From positions 63,887 to 127,886 of IMG/VR virus record IMGVR_UViG_3300027969_002881: a stretch of 64,000 nt of DNA; one strand, given 5' to 3'. Under the pieces are notes generated by a model. It ran no database searches and was not told the origin of the DNA. It saw only the letters and a list, made by a program, of their open reading frames with translations. A program made the position numbers and the translations under genes. This DNA comes from a virus. Of the stretch, positions 19,127 through 28,985 are shown piece after piece; the first letter of the stretch is position 1; each line of letters starts with the position of its first letter.

Positions 19127-20556
19127 TTTCTTATATCGTTAAATGTTTTCTCAAATGGGTTATACTCACCAAAAGTCTTTGCATGATTGTGGTTGTATAT
19201 TAAAACTTCCCTGAGCTGATAATATATATCATGTATTTCACTTAGTGATAACGCCGACAGCCTGGCAATCTCTGATTCGATTAAATTAAGCCGTTGTTTA
19301 AAATCAGTGCATTCATCATAAGCTTCGTTGATCAATGGACTAAAAGTTTTAAACCCTAAGTCCCGTAATGTTTTTAATGTGTATGGATTACCAATTACAA
19401 TAAATGGTTGTAAATTAATAATTGGATGGTGAAATGTTTTTTCACTGATAAAAGGAAACTCGCCGCCGCCATACTCAAATGATGTTTCATTGACAATGTT
19501 AATGTATGATTCGGCAAAAAATTCTTTATTGTTATTGTTGAGATCGAAGCCATGCTTTTGATCTATAGGTAAATGAGCAGTATCAATCTCAAGCGGCAAT
19601 CTAGTGGCTATAGAATCAACCATTGATTCTAGCTCTGGAGATTCTCCTACATAATGCGCTATCGCATTATAGATTTTAAGTTTATCGGTATAATCGTGTA
19701 ATGCTACAAAACTAAAAATACCATCATCTAGTAGTTTGTACTTGACTGCCATGTATGCACTTAACCAACGATGAGGTCTTTGCATATTCCTATTCATACA
19801 AATAAATCTTTTACTGCGAATATATTCTTTGTCTAAATCTTCTGGTTTAACATAGTCAGATTTATAACCCAATGAACCGACTCTGGGATATTCATTGAAC
19901 TTATCTGCTAGTTGATTCAACACTACATAACCATTTGTTATTTTTATTTTGCTATTGGGATATGCGTCATAATGACTGTTAAATGTATTGCCTGCTATAA
20001 TGACAATGTTCTTTCCGTCTATTCCGTACTGATTAAAGTATTTTTCTGTTTCTACTAAGTTTTCAGAATGTTCCATTGGATCATGAATCATGTTCAATAT
20101 CAATTTAATATTACCAGTTTGTAATCCCAACAACACCTTAGGATCTAACGTATCTATAAAGCTATATGTATATTCTACCCCATTCAACATAATTGAATAG
20201 TCGGCAAAAATTGAGTTCAATGTAAAGCAAATTTCAACAGGATAGAGATACATTGAGTTATCATATACTATCTCGTCGACAGTGATTATATTGTCAATGC
20301 CATTGGTTAGTTTGTAGTAATTATAGAAGTTTTTATGGGCCACGTGCGCCAACCATGTTGTCGAATCGTTTTGTGCTCTTAGATCATCTATTATATCTCC
20401 CTGTGATTTTGTTACATCATCATTGAGTTTACCTAATATATAATCATTGACTACTGAAGGCAATCCGTTTATTAAAAACTCGTTGCCTTGATAATTAACA
20501 TAAGAACCGCTGTAAATTATTTTTATATCGCGATTAAAGTTGTTGAATAAACTCAT
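19111..20556 (-). CDS. Putative GT-B-like glycosyltransferase, HR/SEK family (GT10-like C-terminus)
   Basis: FICMNRNMQRPHR, INIVNET, FISEKTFHHPIINLQPFIVIG, YDE; paralog of 20534 and 23817. Confidence 0.5.
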   Translation of the reverse strand: MSLFNNFNRDIKIIYSGSYVNYQGNEFLINGLPSVVNDYILGKLNDDVTKSQGDIIDDLRAQNDSTTWLAHVAHKNFYNYYKLTNGIDNIITVDEIVYDNSMYLYPVEICFTLNSIFADYSIMLNGVEYTYSFIDTLDPKVLLGLQTGNIKLILNMIHDPMEHSENLVETEKYFNQYGIDGKNIVIIAGNTFNSHYDAYPNSKIKITNGYVVLNQLADKFNEYPRVGSLGYKSDYVKPEDLDKEYIRSKRFICMNRNMQRPHRWLSAYMAVKYKLLDDGIFSFVALHDYTDKLKIYNAIAHYVGESPELESMVDSIATRLPLEIDTAHLPIDQKHGFDLNNNNKEFFAESYINIVNETSFEYGGGEFPFISEKTFHHPIINLQPFIVIGNPYTLKTLRDLGFKTFSPLINEAYDECTDFKQRLNLIESEIARLSALSLSEIHDIYYQLREVLIYNHNHAKTFGEYNPFEKTFNDIRKWYLK

Positions 20557-21943
20557 AAACTATTTTATATGGATTAGTGTCTTTGAAACTTTCAAAGTGG
20601 TTTCTATTATGGATTAATATGTCTGTCATTTCATAATATAACTTATGTAATTCTTCTTGACTTAATGCATTTAATTTTAATATTTCAGATTCTATCATTT
20701 GCATTCTTTTAAGATAGTCTGTTTCTAGATCATAGCTTTCATCGATATAAGGACTAAAAGTTTTAAAACCTAGACTTTGTAAATGCCTCAATGAACCATA
20801 GTCGCCGACAAAAATAAAAGGTTGTAGATTAATAATAGGCCTAAATGTTTTCTCTGAAAAGAAAGGGCCATTTTCTATGGGACCAAAAAAGCTTGTTTCA
20901 GACGTAATATGAAAATAAGTATCTGCATACCATTCTTTTTTATTGTTATCAGTGACGAAACCCCTTTTTTGATCAGGTGACAATTGATCAGTATCTATCT
21001 CATAGGGTAATAAATTTATCACTGAATTAACTTCACCATCAGAGATTGAATTAGTAGTCAATGACGTTATACTATGTCTAATATGCTCTTCATTGTCTGC
21101 TGTATTAACAAAACTATAAATGCTGTTCTTTAATAAATCATGCTTTATTGCCATGTGTGCTAGATAATATCTATGCGTTCTCATTGACCTATTAAAGCAT
21201 AAGAATTTTTTGGGTCTAATCTTCAACGGATCTAAATCATCTTCACGCATGATATCAGATTCATAGCCCAATGATGTGATTCTAGGAAACTCATTTAATC
21301 CTTTGGCCTGCTGTTGTAATGGAAGATTTCCATATGTAAAATTAGCCTTACTGTCAGGAAAATGCTGTTTATGTGTTAATAATTCATTGCCAAATATAAC
21401 GATCAGGTTGGCGGCACTGATGCCTAATTTTTCCAGTCTCAATTCTATATCATTTACACTGGGTGAGTAATGTCCAGGATCATGCATATTACAGACAACA
21501 ATTTTTACTTTGTTATTCCGCAAATGATTAATTATCGGCTCTATGATTTCTTCAAATGAATAGCTAACTGTGGTGCCATCTAAATCCACTGACGTAATGT
21601 CATTCAATGCATTAATAGATGTTGCTATTTCAATTGGAAATATGTATGTAACATTGTCATCGCCAGGGTCAATTTCATATACTGGTACAACATTGCTTGC
21701 TCCGTTGTTGTTTAAGAAATAATAATGGAAATTGCCAAGATTGTAAGCCATGTTCCAGCCAATCTTAGAATCTGCTTTAAGCAGATCTATACAATTATGC
21801 GGGTTTAACTCATTGACATCATTGATATATTTTTTATCAATGTGATTCATTACCGATTGCGGTATGCCATTGCTGAAATAAAGTCTCTCACCGTTGGGTT
21901 TAGTATATATGTGAGAGTATACTGCTTTTAAAATACGACCCAT
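20534..21943 (-). CDS. Putative GT-B-like glycosyltransferase, HR/SEK family
   Basis: FLCFNRSMRTHR, FHITSET, FSEKTFRPIINLQPFIFVG, IDESYD. Confidence 0.5.
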   Translation of the reverse strand: MGRILKAVYSHIYTKPNGERLYFSNGIPQSVMNHIDKKYINDVNELNPHNCIDLLKADSKIGWNMAYNLGNFHYYFLNNNGASNVVPVYEIDPGDDNVTYIFPIEIATSINALNDITSVDLDGTTVSYSFEEIIEPIINHLRNNKVKIVVCNMHDPGHYSPSVNDIELRLEKLGISAANLIVIFGNELLTHKQHFPDSKANFTYGNLPLQQQAKGLNEFPRITSLGYESDIMREDDLDPLKIRPKKFLCFNRSMRTHRYYLAHMAIKHDLLKNSIYSFVNTADNEEHIRHSITSLTTNSISDGEVNSVINLLPYEIDTDQLSPDQKRGFVTDNNKKEWYADTYFHITSETSFFGPIENGPFFSEKTFRPIINLQPFIFVGDYGSLRHLQSLGFKTFSPYIDESYDLETDYLKRMQMIESEILKLNALSQEELHKLYYEMTDILIHNRNHFESFKDTNPYKIVYEFIQQL

Positions 21944-22557
21944 TTGCCTGTTCCATAATGCGGGAATTTGGATTTGTATTCATACCAAATCACATCTTCA
22001 GGAATATCACGTTTGTGATTCCATGTTGCTACTGTGGGTGTATTGGTAGATACTGCGTTATCCTCTACAACAAAATATAGGGGCAAATTAAAGTTTCTAG
22101 CATACTTGTGTATTTCATAAAAGACTCCGCTTTCAAAACTCATGTCTCCAATAAAACACCAAACTTTTTCATCACTGCCATTATCTTTGATTGCCTGTGC
22201 AACTCCTAGCGCAATAGATAATGTTCCGCCCACAATGGCGCTGGAATAAAATTTATTGTCTAAGTTACATATAGTAATACTTTTACCGGCTAATATATCT
22301 TGTTCAATGACTGAAGGATCGATGCCTTTAAGTAGTGCATGGTAATGACTACGCCATGTAGAAAACACCCAATCATCTGTTTTAATTCTCTTAAAAATTT
22401 CAATTAACGGCTCTTCGTTGCCGTTTGATAAGTGTACTGGACCACGAATTTTAGCAGTTTCCCAATGGCTTACAATCTTATCCTCAAACGCAATTAAATC
22501 TTCTTTGCTTAGAGTAATTGGTCGCACAACTTCATATTTGTCAATGTTTTTAATCAT
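21928..22557 (-). CDS. ThDP enzyme E1-alpha-like subunit (minimal)
   Basis: GPVHLSNGNE, WRSHYHAL, SSAIVGG, ThDP motif GDMS...EDN. Confidence 0.85.
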   Translation of the reverse strand: MIKNIDKYEVVRPITLSKEDLIAFEDKIVSHWETAKIRGPVHLSNGNEEPLIEIFKRIKTDDWVFSTWRSHYHALLKGIDPSVIEQDILAGKSITICNLDNKFYSSAIVGGTLSIALGVAQAIKDNGSDEKVWCFIGDMSFESGVFYEIHKYARNFNLPLYFVVEDNAVSTNTPTVATWNHKRDIPEDVIWYEYKSKFPHYGTGKWVVF

Positions 22558-22566
22558 ATTTGTCTT

Positions 22567-23820
22567 TCATCTATCTCTTGCTTGTAACACTGGCTTATCT
22601 GTAGGCCATTCAATATTGACTCTCTTGTCGTTCCATTTGAGCACACCTTGATTTTTTTCATCAACATATTCTCCTGGATAAAATAAATTATAATGAAATA
22701 TACAATCTGTTAACGCATAGTGCCCGTTTGCAAAGCCTGGTGGTATTAACACTTGGTCCCGAGTGGATTCGGAGATTATATAGCTTTCCCATTTGCCATA
22801 ATTAGGACTTGATTTTCTTACATCAACTAACACAAGATAAATGTCGCCCACCAACGCCTGTACTAATTTCCAAGTTTTTTTATCATAATGTAAGCCACGC
22901 AATACGCCTTGATATGATTTGCTAAATCTCCCATGTATATTAATGTCGTTTGGTAATAATTTCATAATGGGATGAGTTTCACTATGGAATGTTGTAAATA
23001 TTTCTCCTCGATATTCTTTATAAACGCTGGGATGATATATTGGTACATCTGTGCCAAATTTATCTAGATATGAGACATCGAAAGAGTCCCACTGGCGTTG
23101 TTTATAATTTTTACCAGTGCTAGTAGTACTGATAGTTTCTGTAGTATTATCAATTGTCATAGTTTCGTCGGTGTTGCTTGTATCATATTCTGTAAATTTA
23201 ATACCATTTAAGCAATATAATACATCGTTTTGATTTGGGTCAGACATCCTAGTATAACCTAAATTTTTTAATTCATTGTCGAACTCGTGTCTTGTTGTGC
23301 CATTTTTATAATGGCCGAATCCAGCGACTTCTACCCATATGCATTTTGGCTTAAAATTTCCCATACTGGTAATAATTTTAAATTCTGCGCCTTCGGCATC
23401 GATGTGTAACACATCGGGCGACACATTAAACTTTTGACAAAAGCTTTCTAGTCTATAGCTTTGTACTTCATAGGGATCGCTGTATTTTTTTCCGTGTGAT
23501 TCAAATGGCACATCTTCAAGTTTAAACATACTGCCTGACCATGGATGCAGATTACCAAATTGAGTAGAAGAAGGATTAAACTGAACTAATCCGTCTATGT
23601 CCGAAAATGCATATTTAAAATAGTGAATATTAAATTTGGCAGCAAGTGGTTCATTACTCGCATGCCAATACTCAAACGGTTCAAACGCATATATTTCTGC
23701 TGTAGGAATTAATTCTCGAACTTTACGCGACGTATCTAATAAGGCGCATCCTATTTCAAAGAATACAAATTTTTCATTTGGAAAGTTTTCTTTGACCCAA
23801 TTTAAATTTAAAAAGCTCAC
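22567..23820 (-). CDS. Fusion of an FkbM-family methyltransferase and an RmlC-like dTDP-4-dehydrorhamnose 3,5-epimerase
   Basis: N-half FEIG, AFEP, LHIDAEGAE; C-half EYRG, VLRGLHY, KLV, IPPGFANGH, WND; GTG start overlapping the upstream TGA. Confidence 0.85.
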   Translation of the reverse strand: MSFLNLNWVKENFPNEKFVFFEIGCALLDTSRKVRELIPTAEIYAFEPFEYWHASNEPLAAKFNIHYFKYAFSDIDGLVQFNPSSTQFGNLHPWSGSMFKLEDVPFESHGKKYSDPYEVQSYRLESFCQKFNVSPDVLHIDAEGAEFKIITSMGNFKPKCIWVEVAGFGHYKNGTTRHEFDNELKNLGYTRMSDPNQNDVLYCLNGIKFTEYDTSNTDETMTIDNTTETISTTSTGKNYKQRQWDSFDVSYLDKFGTDVPIYHPSVYKEYRGEIFTTFHSETHPIMKLLPNDINIHGRFSKSYQGVLRGLHYDKKTWKLVQALVGDIYLVLVDVRKSSPNYGKWESYIISESTRDQVLIPPGFANGHYALTDCIFHYNLFYPGEYVDEKNQGVLKWNDKRVNIEWPTDKPVLQARDR

Positions 23821-25253
23821 GAATTTATTCTTTCATGAAGATACTTAATAAAATCTTCTGTCGTTTTATCAGTTTTATACAATGTCAATAAATGCTCTCT
23901 ATTATGTACAAGAATATCTTCCATACTCCAATACCAGTCATGTAATTGTTCTTTACTCATGCTACATATTTTTTTAATTTGCTCATAGACCATGGCAACT
24001 CTTTTACTAGTATCCTGTTCTACATCATAACTTTCGTCAATGAAACCGCTGAATGTCTTAAAACCCATTTCTCTTAACAGTTGTAATGCTCCGGGAAATG
24101 ATACAAACAAGAATGGCAAATAATTTGCTATAGGTTTGCATATTTTTTCAGTGACTGATTTGTAGGGTCCGTCGGTATACGTTTCTGTACAGATATAAAA
24201 ATAAGCATTGTTATATGAAGTGACCTGTGTGTCAGTCCAAGAACTAACGCTATTGAACGTATCAGTGGGTTCATCATTGAGTGACTTTGGTAATCGATTA
24301 AGTAGACGTTTTAATTTTTCTTCAGTTAAATTGAATCCATACTTGTTGTTGAATTCACTGAGTATAGTGTCATAATATTTAAAATCTGACAACCAGCTCC
24401 AATCGCCAATATCTAATAGATTATCTTCATTCATTGCTAGGGCAAGAGCTACTCGATGTTCTCTGGATCTTCTTATTTTAAACAAGAATGAATTAGGTCT
24501 GATTGTATGTCGTGATGAGTCAAATCTTTCTGGGTCAGTTCGGCCTTCTCTTGTTTGCATATAAAAATAGCTGGTATTACTGATGACAAACGGCCAACTT
24601 TTAACGATCAACATCTGTTCACTGTCAGTGAACCACGACTTATAAACTTCTTCGGCATTAAATGTATTAAAAGCCAGCACGACTTGACTTTTTGGAATAC
24701 CGCTGTATTCCAATGAAGTATGTAAATTTTCATAGCTAGATTTGGAAACAAAGTTCTCTTGTGCATAGTCCAAGACAATTAATGCGCGGCCACTTTTTAC
24801 ATCATCTAACGCATCTGCTGACATATATTTCCAAAAGAAATTGCCAGCTATTTTTGTGTTGTTAAAGGCAGCGCCGCAAAAAGCATCTATATGGGGGCTA
24901 ATTTTTATAGGGTATATGTATTTGTTAGTTCGTCTGCGTCCAAAATATAAACTTTCTTCTGTTGCATCAACTAATTCCATACAGGGGCCTTGATTCAAAT
25001 GAGTGCCTGGTGCTGTGTTTGGCCACGTACCAAAGCTTTTATCAAACATAAAAGATAATACAGTATCAGTATCTGATCCCATGGGAGATTGTTGTTCAAA
25101 TATACCACAATCTCTGATCTTAGTTGTATGCATACTGTGCAAATAATTAACTATTCCTAATTCTGTTTGTAGCGCATTTGCTAGCATTGAATTAGGAAAT
25201 ACATAATCGTAAAATAAGGGTAATTGTACTTTATCCATTGTTAATATATGCAT
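23817..25253 (-). CDS. Putative GT-B-like glycosyltransferase, HR/SEK family
   Basis: FLFKIRRSREHR, FYICTET, VTEKICKPIANYLPFLFVS, IDESYD. Confidence 0.5.
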   Translation of the reverse strand: MHILTMDKVQLPLFYDYVFPNSMLANALQTELGIVNYLHSMHTTKIRDCGIFEQQSPMGSDTDTVLSFMFDKSFGTWPNTAPGTHLNQGPCMELVDATEESLYFGRRRTNKYIYPIKISPHIDAFCGAAFNNTKIAGNFFWKYMSADALDDVKSGRALIVLDYAQENFVSKSSYENLHTSLEYSGIPKSQVVLAFNTFNAEEVYKSWFTDSEQMLIVKSWPFVISNTSYFYMQTREGRTDPERFDSSRHTIRPNSFLFKIRRSREHRVALALAMNEDNLLDIGDWSWLSDFKYYDTILSEFNNKYGFNLTEEKLKRLLNRLPKSLNDEPTDTFNSVSSWTDTQVTSYNNAYFYICTETYTDGPYKSVTEKICKPIANYLPFLFVSFPGALQLLREMGFKTFSGFIDESYDVEQDTSKRVAMVYEQIKKICSMSKEQLHDWYWSMEDILVHNREHLLTLYKTDKTTEDFIKYLHERINS

Positions 25254-26004
25254 AATCGAATTTTGTTCTAAATTCTTTATTAAACTTGTTTTCCATGTTG
25301 ATTTGACCCGTATAATCGAAATTTCTATTCCACCTGTTTACATTTTTTCTTGTTTTAGTTGTGTTAAATCTAGGAAAAAATTCTTCAATGTATTTAAGAT
25401 AAACATTCGTACTTGGGTGCCCGTCAACGTGTTGTATATCTTCCCAAAACGGACTATCGTAATATTGATTTTTCTTTTTCCATTCATCCAGAGTAATATC
25501 GACATCCAGTGTGTTATATATTTCATCAGCCATTGGTTGAATGAAATAACTGACATTGGCAGTGCCGTCGATATAAGCAGAATTGTCTATGCCCATAACT
25601 ATATGATGTTTAATGTTTTTTAATATTTGTTTGATTACTTTAACAGCTATCCAGGATTGATATACTGCCCAATCATCGCTCCACATATTTTTAACAAATT
25701 CAACAGTAACAGGATCATTGGTATTTTGATTATAAGAATGCAAATCACCTTTTGTTTGCCAATTGGAATTCGGTGGCAGATAACTAAATCTTCCAAACCC
25801 AGTTAACATTACAATAACAAAATCAGTATCTGGATTAAAGTTATACGTGTGATTAGCTTCTACTATTTTATTCATGATATAAATGTTAGAGCAGCCTGCA
25901 CGACCATAATTGTAGTACTCTTCAAAATTTATACCAATTAAATCTGCCCATGTAGCATAAGCATAACTTGTATAACTGCAACCAAAGGCAAAACATCTTT
26001 TCAT
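25231..26004 (-). CDS. SGNH-like protein (copy 4)
   Basis: FAFGCSYT, NYGRAGCSN, VDGHP. Confidence 0.7.
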   Translation of the reverse strand: MKRCFAFGCSYTSYAYATWADLIGINFEEYYNYGRAGCSNIYIMNKIVEANHTYNFNPDTDFVIVMLTGFGRFSYLPPNSNWQTKGDLHSYNQNTNDPVTVEFVKNMWSDDWAVYQSWIAVKVIKQILKNIKHHIVMGIDNSAYIDGTANVSYFIQPMADEIYNTLDVDITLDEWKKKNQYYDSPFWEDIQHVDGHPSTNVYLKYIEEFFPRFNTTKTRKNVNRWNRNFDYTGQINMENKFNKEFRTKFDYAYINNG

Positions 26005-26888
26005 ATTAATTTATTTACTAAGGGAAATAATATATCTTTACACCACACATCATAGCCTAGCTGACTTGGATGAAAGCCATCCTGTGCAAAGTATTCTCGA
26101 TTATATTTAGTTTGTAAACTTTTTCTATTGTCGTGTGATAATAATATTGCGTCATCTTCAGAAACATCAATGAATTTATGTAAGTATTCAAACATGCCCT
26201 GAGATATTGTATTTGTATGATCAAACTGTTTGTACAAATAATTTACAATTTCATGATCTTTATGTTTAATAATATCTTCATATACATGCTTCATGAAGAA
26301 TTGATTAATTAGTTTAATGCCATGTAACTTACAAAAGTTTTGAAGCATAATAATATTCTCTAAACTCGAGTGTGTTTTGCCAACACCATTAACTTCCTTA
26401 TCCAGCAAATAATGCTGTTGTACAAAGTCTAAATTAGAGTCACTGCCATTAACAGTTAGATACCATCCACCGGATTTATTGTATTTGAATTCTGATCCGT
26501 TTTTGGTATAAAATATACCATCACCTTCTATATGATCATTGGTAAGATTCAAAAACTGATCAGTCATTCCACCGTAGAAGTCGGGCCAATCATTGACCAT
26601 GCGTTCTATTACTAAGGGATTATCGACAAACCAAGATTTTCTGCTGGTTCCACTCCACATCACGACAACTAATATTTTATTTTTATTAATGCCTGATTCA
26701 ATGGCAGATAATATAGCAGACATTACACGCTTTTGTATAAGCTCTTGTCCACTACTATTTCGACCTGTGTGATTTGTAGTTAAGTTATGATTTTTTGAAC
26801 GCAATAACTGTGTAATGCCACCTACCCAGCCGTTGTCATCGTCACCGGTACTAAAACTACACCCTCCGGTGATTAAATGCCGAATCAT
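26001..26888 (-). CDS. SGNH-like protein (copy 5)
   Basis: ITGGCSFS, GRNSSG, QDGFHP. Confidence 0.7.
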   Translation of the reverse strand: MIRHLITGGCSFSTGDDDNGWVGGITQLLRSKNHNLTTNHTGRNSSGQELIQKRVMSAILSAIESGINKNKILVVVMWSGTSRKSWFVDNPLVIERMVNDWPDFYGGMTDQFLNLTNDHIEGDGIFYTKNGSEFKYNKSGGWYLTVNGSDSNLDFVQQHYLLDKEVNGVGKTHSSLENIIMLQNFCKLHGIKLINQFFMKHVYEDIIKHKDHEIVNYLYKQFDHTNTISQGMFEYLHKFIDVSEDDAILLSHDNRKSLQTKYNREYFAQDGFHPSQLGYDVWCKDILFPLVNKLI

Positions 26889-27550
26889 ATTAATCTAATA
26901 TCTCTTAAGAATAATTTTATTTTCCTAGCTAGTTCAGCATGTGCTTCTTCGTTGGGGTGATACCCATCTTTACATTTCATATCTTTTTCTGTGCAATAAA
27001 CATTGAATATAGATTTATCATGTCCCAATACAAATTTCTTTGTAGGTAGTAATTTAATTAAATTCTTGTATTGATCTTCAAATGGTTCTCTGTCTAAGTA
27101 GCCTTCTAAGAACGAGTTAACAAATGCATACTGTATATTTCTAGATTCTAGGAAAGATGATACAAAGATTTGTTGCATGTAATATTCCATTAGGCCTTCA
27201 TAGTCATTATACATGTGTTCATACCACACATCTTTCATTTTTTTAAGATATGGTTCGTAAGGATCATGACCCAGTAATACATTTTCCCATATTTTCTTTT
27301 CTGGAAAATAAACTGCTGTGCGTGAAATACCAGTCCAGGAAAACACAACTAATGTTTTTTCGGGATTAGGTATATCAGCATAATCGTTCAGCAAATTTAT
27401 TATGCTGAGTTTATTCGATCCGCCTGGTATACCTCTATTGGTCACTGGCGTTTTCATTAATTCACCTAGTTTGGCAGGCCAGGCGTCGCTGTTTGCTACT
27501 CCATCGCCAGCTGTAAAGCTGTCTCCATATGCATAAATCTTATCGATCAT
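26885..27550 (-). CDS. SGNH-like protein (copy 6)
   Basis: AYGDSFTAG, NRGIPGGSN, KDGYHP. Confidence 0.8.
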   Translation of the reverse strand: MIDKIYAYGDSFTAGDGVANSDAWPAKLGELMKTPVTNRGIPGGSNKLSIINLLNDYADIPNPEKTLVVFSWTGISRTAVYFPEKKIWENVLLGHDPYEPYLKKMKDVWYEHMYNDYEGLMEYYMQQIFVSSFLESRNIQYAFVNSFLEGYLDREPFEDQYKNLIKLLPTKKFVLGHDKSIFNVYCTEKDMKCKDGYHPNEEAHAELARKIKLFLRDIRLI

Positions 27551-28985
27551 TTTCCCTATATACTCCTATTTCGGCAAAAGATATTCCGGATTGCTCGACT
27601 AATTTAATAATCTCATAATTTTTATTAAGTTCTATACTTTCATACCAATCAGCAATTTCCGGAAAAGTATTAATTATGTTTTTGTTTCTTCTAGCATCAT
27701 ACTGCGAATAGAAACTCTTAAAGTCATGAAACAATGCAGACTTATCATGCGTAGTAGATACATGTCCAGTTTGAACAACTTCTAAATAGTCAATTAGTCT
27801 TTTGATACTGGCTTTCTCACCAGCTTCTAAATACTGACTATCTTTGTGTAAATCATACCACGTAGATAGTCTTGATTGAACTTCGTCTTTGAGATCGTTG
27901 GGCAATGTAATTGGACTCATGTATGCAGGCCAGCGCAGTATGTTTAGATCCAGATAAGGTCTATTATTGCCGTACTTTGCTTTGAGTTCCAGCATATCGT
28001 CCATGAACTCAGTGATACTGAACAAACACAGATTAGATATCGTCATCATGATTGTGACATTTCTAAATTTAGCATTTTCAATAAAGTTAACCAAGTTACT
28101 GCGCCATACTTGATAGTCCATGCCATCACGTAGATACTCTGCATGTAAGCCGAAGCTTTCATTACTGGTAAACAAATCAAATTCTCTAACTGGCAGTGTT
28201 TTAGTTACTTCAATTAATCGTTCCAGTGCCCTAGGGCTTGATCCAAGATTACTGTTAACCGCAAAGCGGATGTCCACGTATTCATGCTGTTGCATTATTT
28301 CAATAAAGCGCCAGAAGTTTTGACTTACTGTGCATTCTCCGCCGGTGATACGTAGCTCTTGTAGGCTCTTAGATAATTCAGGCCACCATTCAAAGAAAGC
28401 TTCTACATAAGGATTGTCATCTAAATGTTTTCCATATGCTGTACTCCAAGAACCATCAGTTTGGTATGCGCCACCACCACCACCTTGGGCAATAAAATTC
28501 TGGTAAGGTCCATTCTTATTAATGTCCTGACTCCATGCTGTGCTGTAACCTGCGTTACAGTAACTACAAGCAAAATTACATTGTCTATCGAAACTGATCT
28601 CTAATGTTTTGAGATTAACATCGTCAGCCCAGTTCATGTCCTGGATCTTTTTAATATCTTCTGCGCTGTATATAATACTTTTATTAATACGATCACTGAT
28701 ATTATCTCTGCCAATGCCTTCTACTTTCCAACAATAGCCGCACTCTGCTGGCTTTTTGCCTTCCAGCATCATCTTACGCATACGCTTTTTATGATCAGTG
28801 TTATGTAATGCGCTGGGATTATAACTGATTTCACTGACATCAATTGAATGAGGCAAAGGCAAATGACAACTACCTGTATAGCCTGATCCTAAAAAGATAC
28901 TGGCGTTATACCATTTGGCCGCGCAAAAGCTAGGACTGATCGAGTTGAGATTCTCATCTCTCCATTTAATTAAGTCATCAGACAT
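27540..28985 (-). CDS. Radical SAM protein with N-terminal twitch domain
   Basis: FCAAKW...SCH...ECGYCW, CNFACSYC, ITGGE. Confidence 0.9.
   Translation of the reverse strand: MSDDLIKWRDENLNSISPSFCAAKWYNASIFLGSGYTGSCHLPLPHSIDVSEISYNPSALHNTDHKKRMRKMMLEGKKPAECGYCWKVEGIGRDNISDRINKSIIYSAEDIKKIQDMNWADDVNLKTLEISFDRQCNFACSYCNAGYSTAWSQDINKNGPYQNFIAQGGGGGAYQTDGSWSTAYGKHLDDNPYVEAFFEWWPELSKSLQELRITGGECTVSQNFWRFIEIMQQHEYVDIRFAVNSNLGSSPRALERLIEVTKTLPVREFDLFTSNESFGLHAEYLRDGMDYQVWRSNLVNFIENAKFRNVTIMMTISNLCLFSITEFMDDMLELKAKYGNNRPYLDLNILRWPAYMSPITLPNDLKDEVQSRLSTWYDLHKDSQYLEAGEKASIKRLIDYLEVVQTGHVSTTHDKSALFHDFKSFYSQYDARRNKNIINTFPEIADWYESIELNKNYEIIKLVEQSGISFAEIGVYRENDR

Noticed and set aside
14397-22557. Pyruvate dehydrogenase as an auxiliary metabolic gene
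   Set aside because: Both subunits are truncated, there is no E2 or E3 in the window, and the context is sugar-nucleotide synthesis
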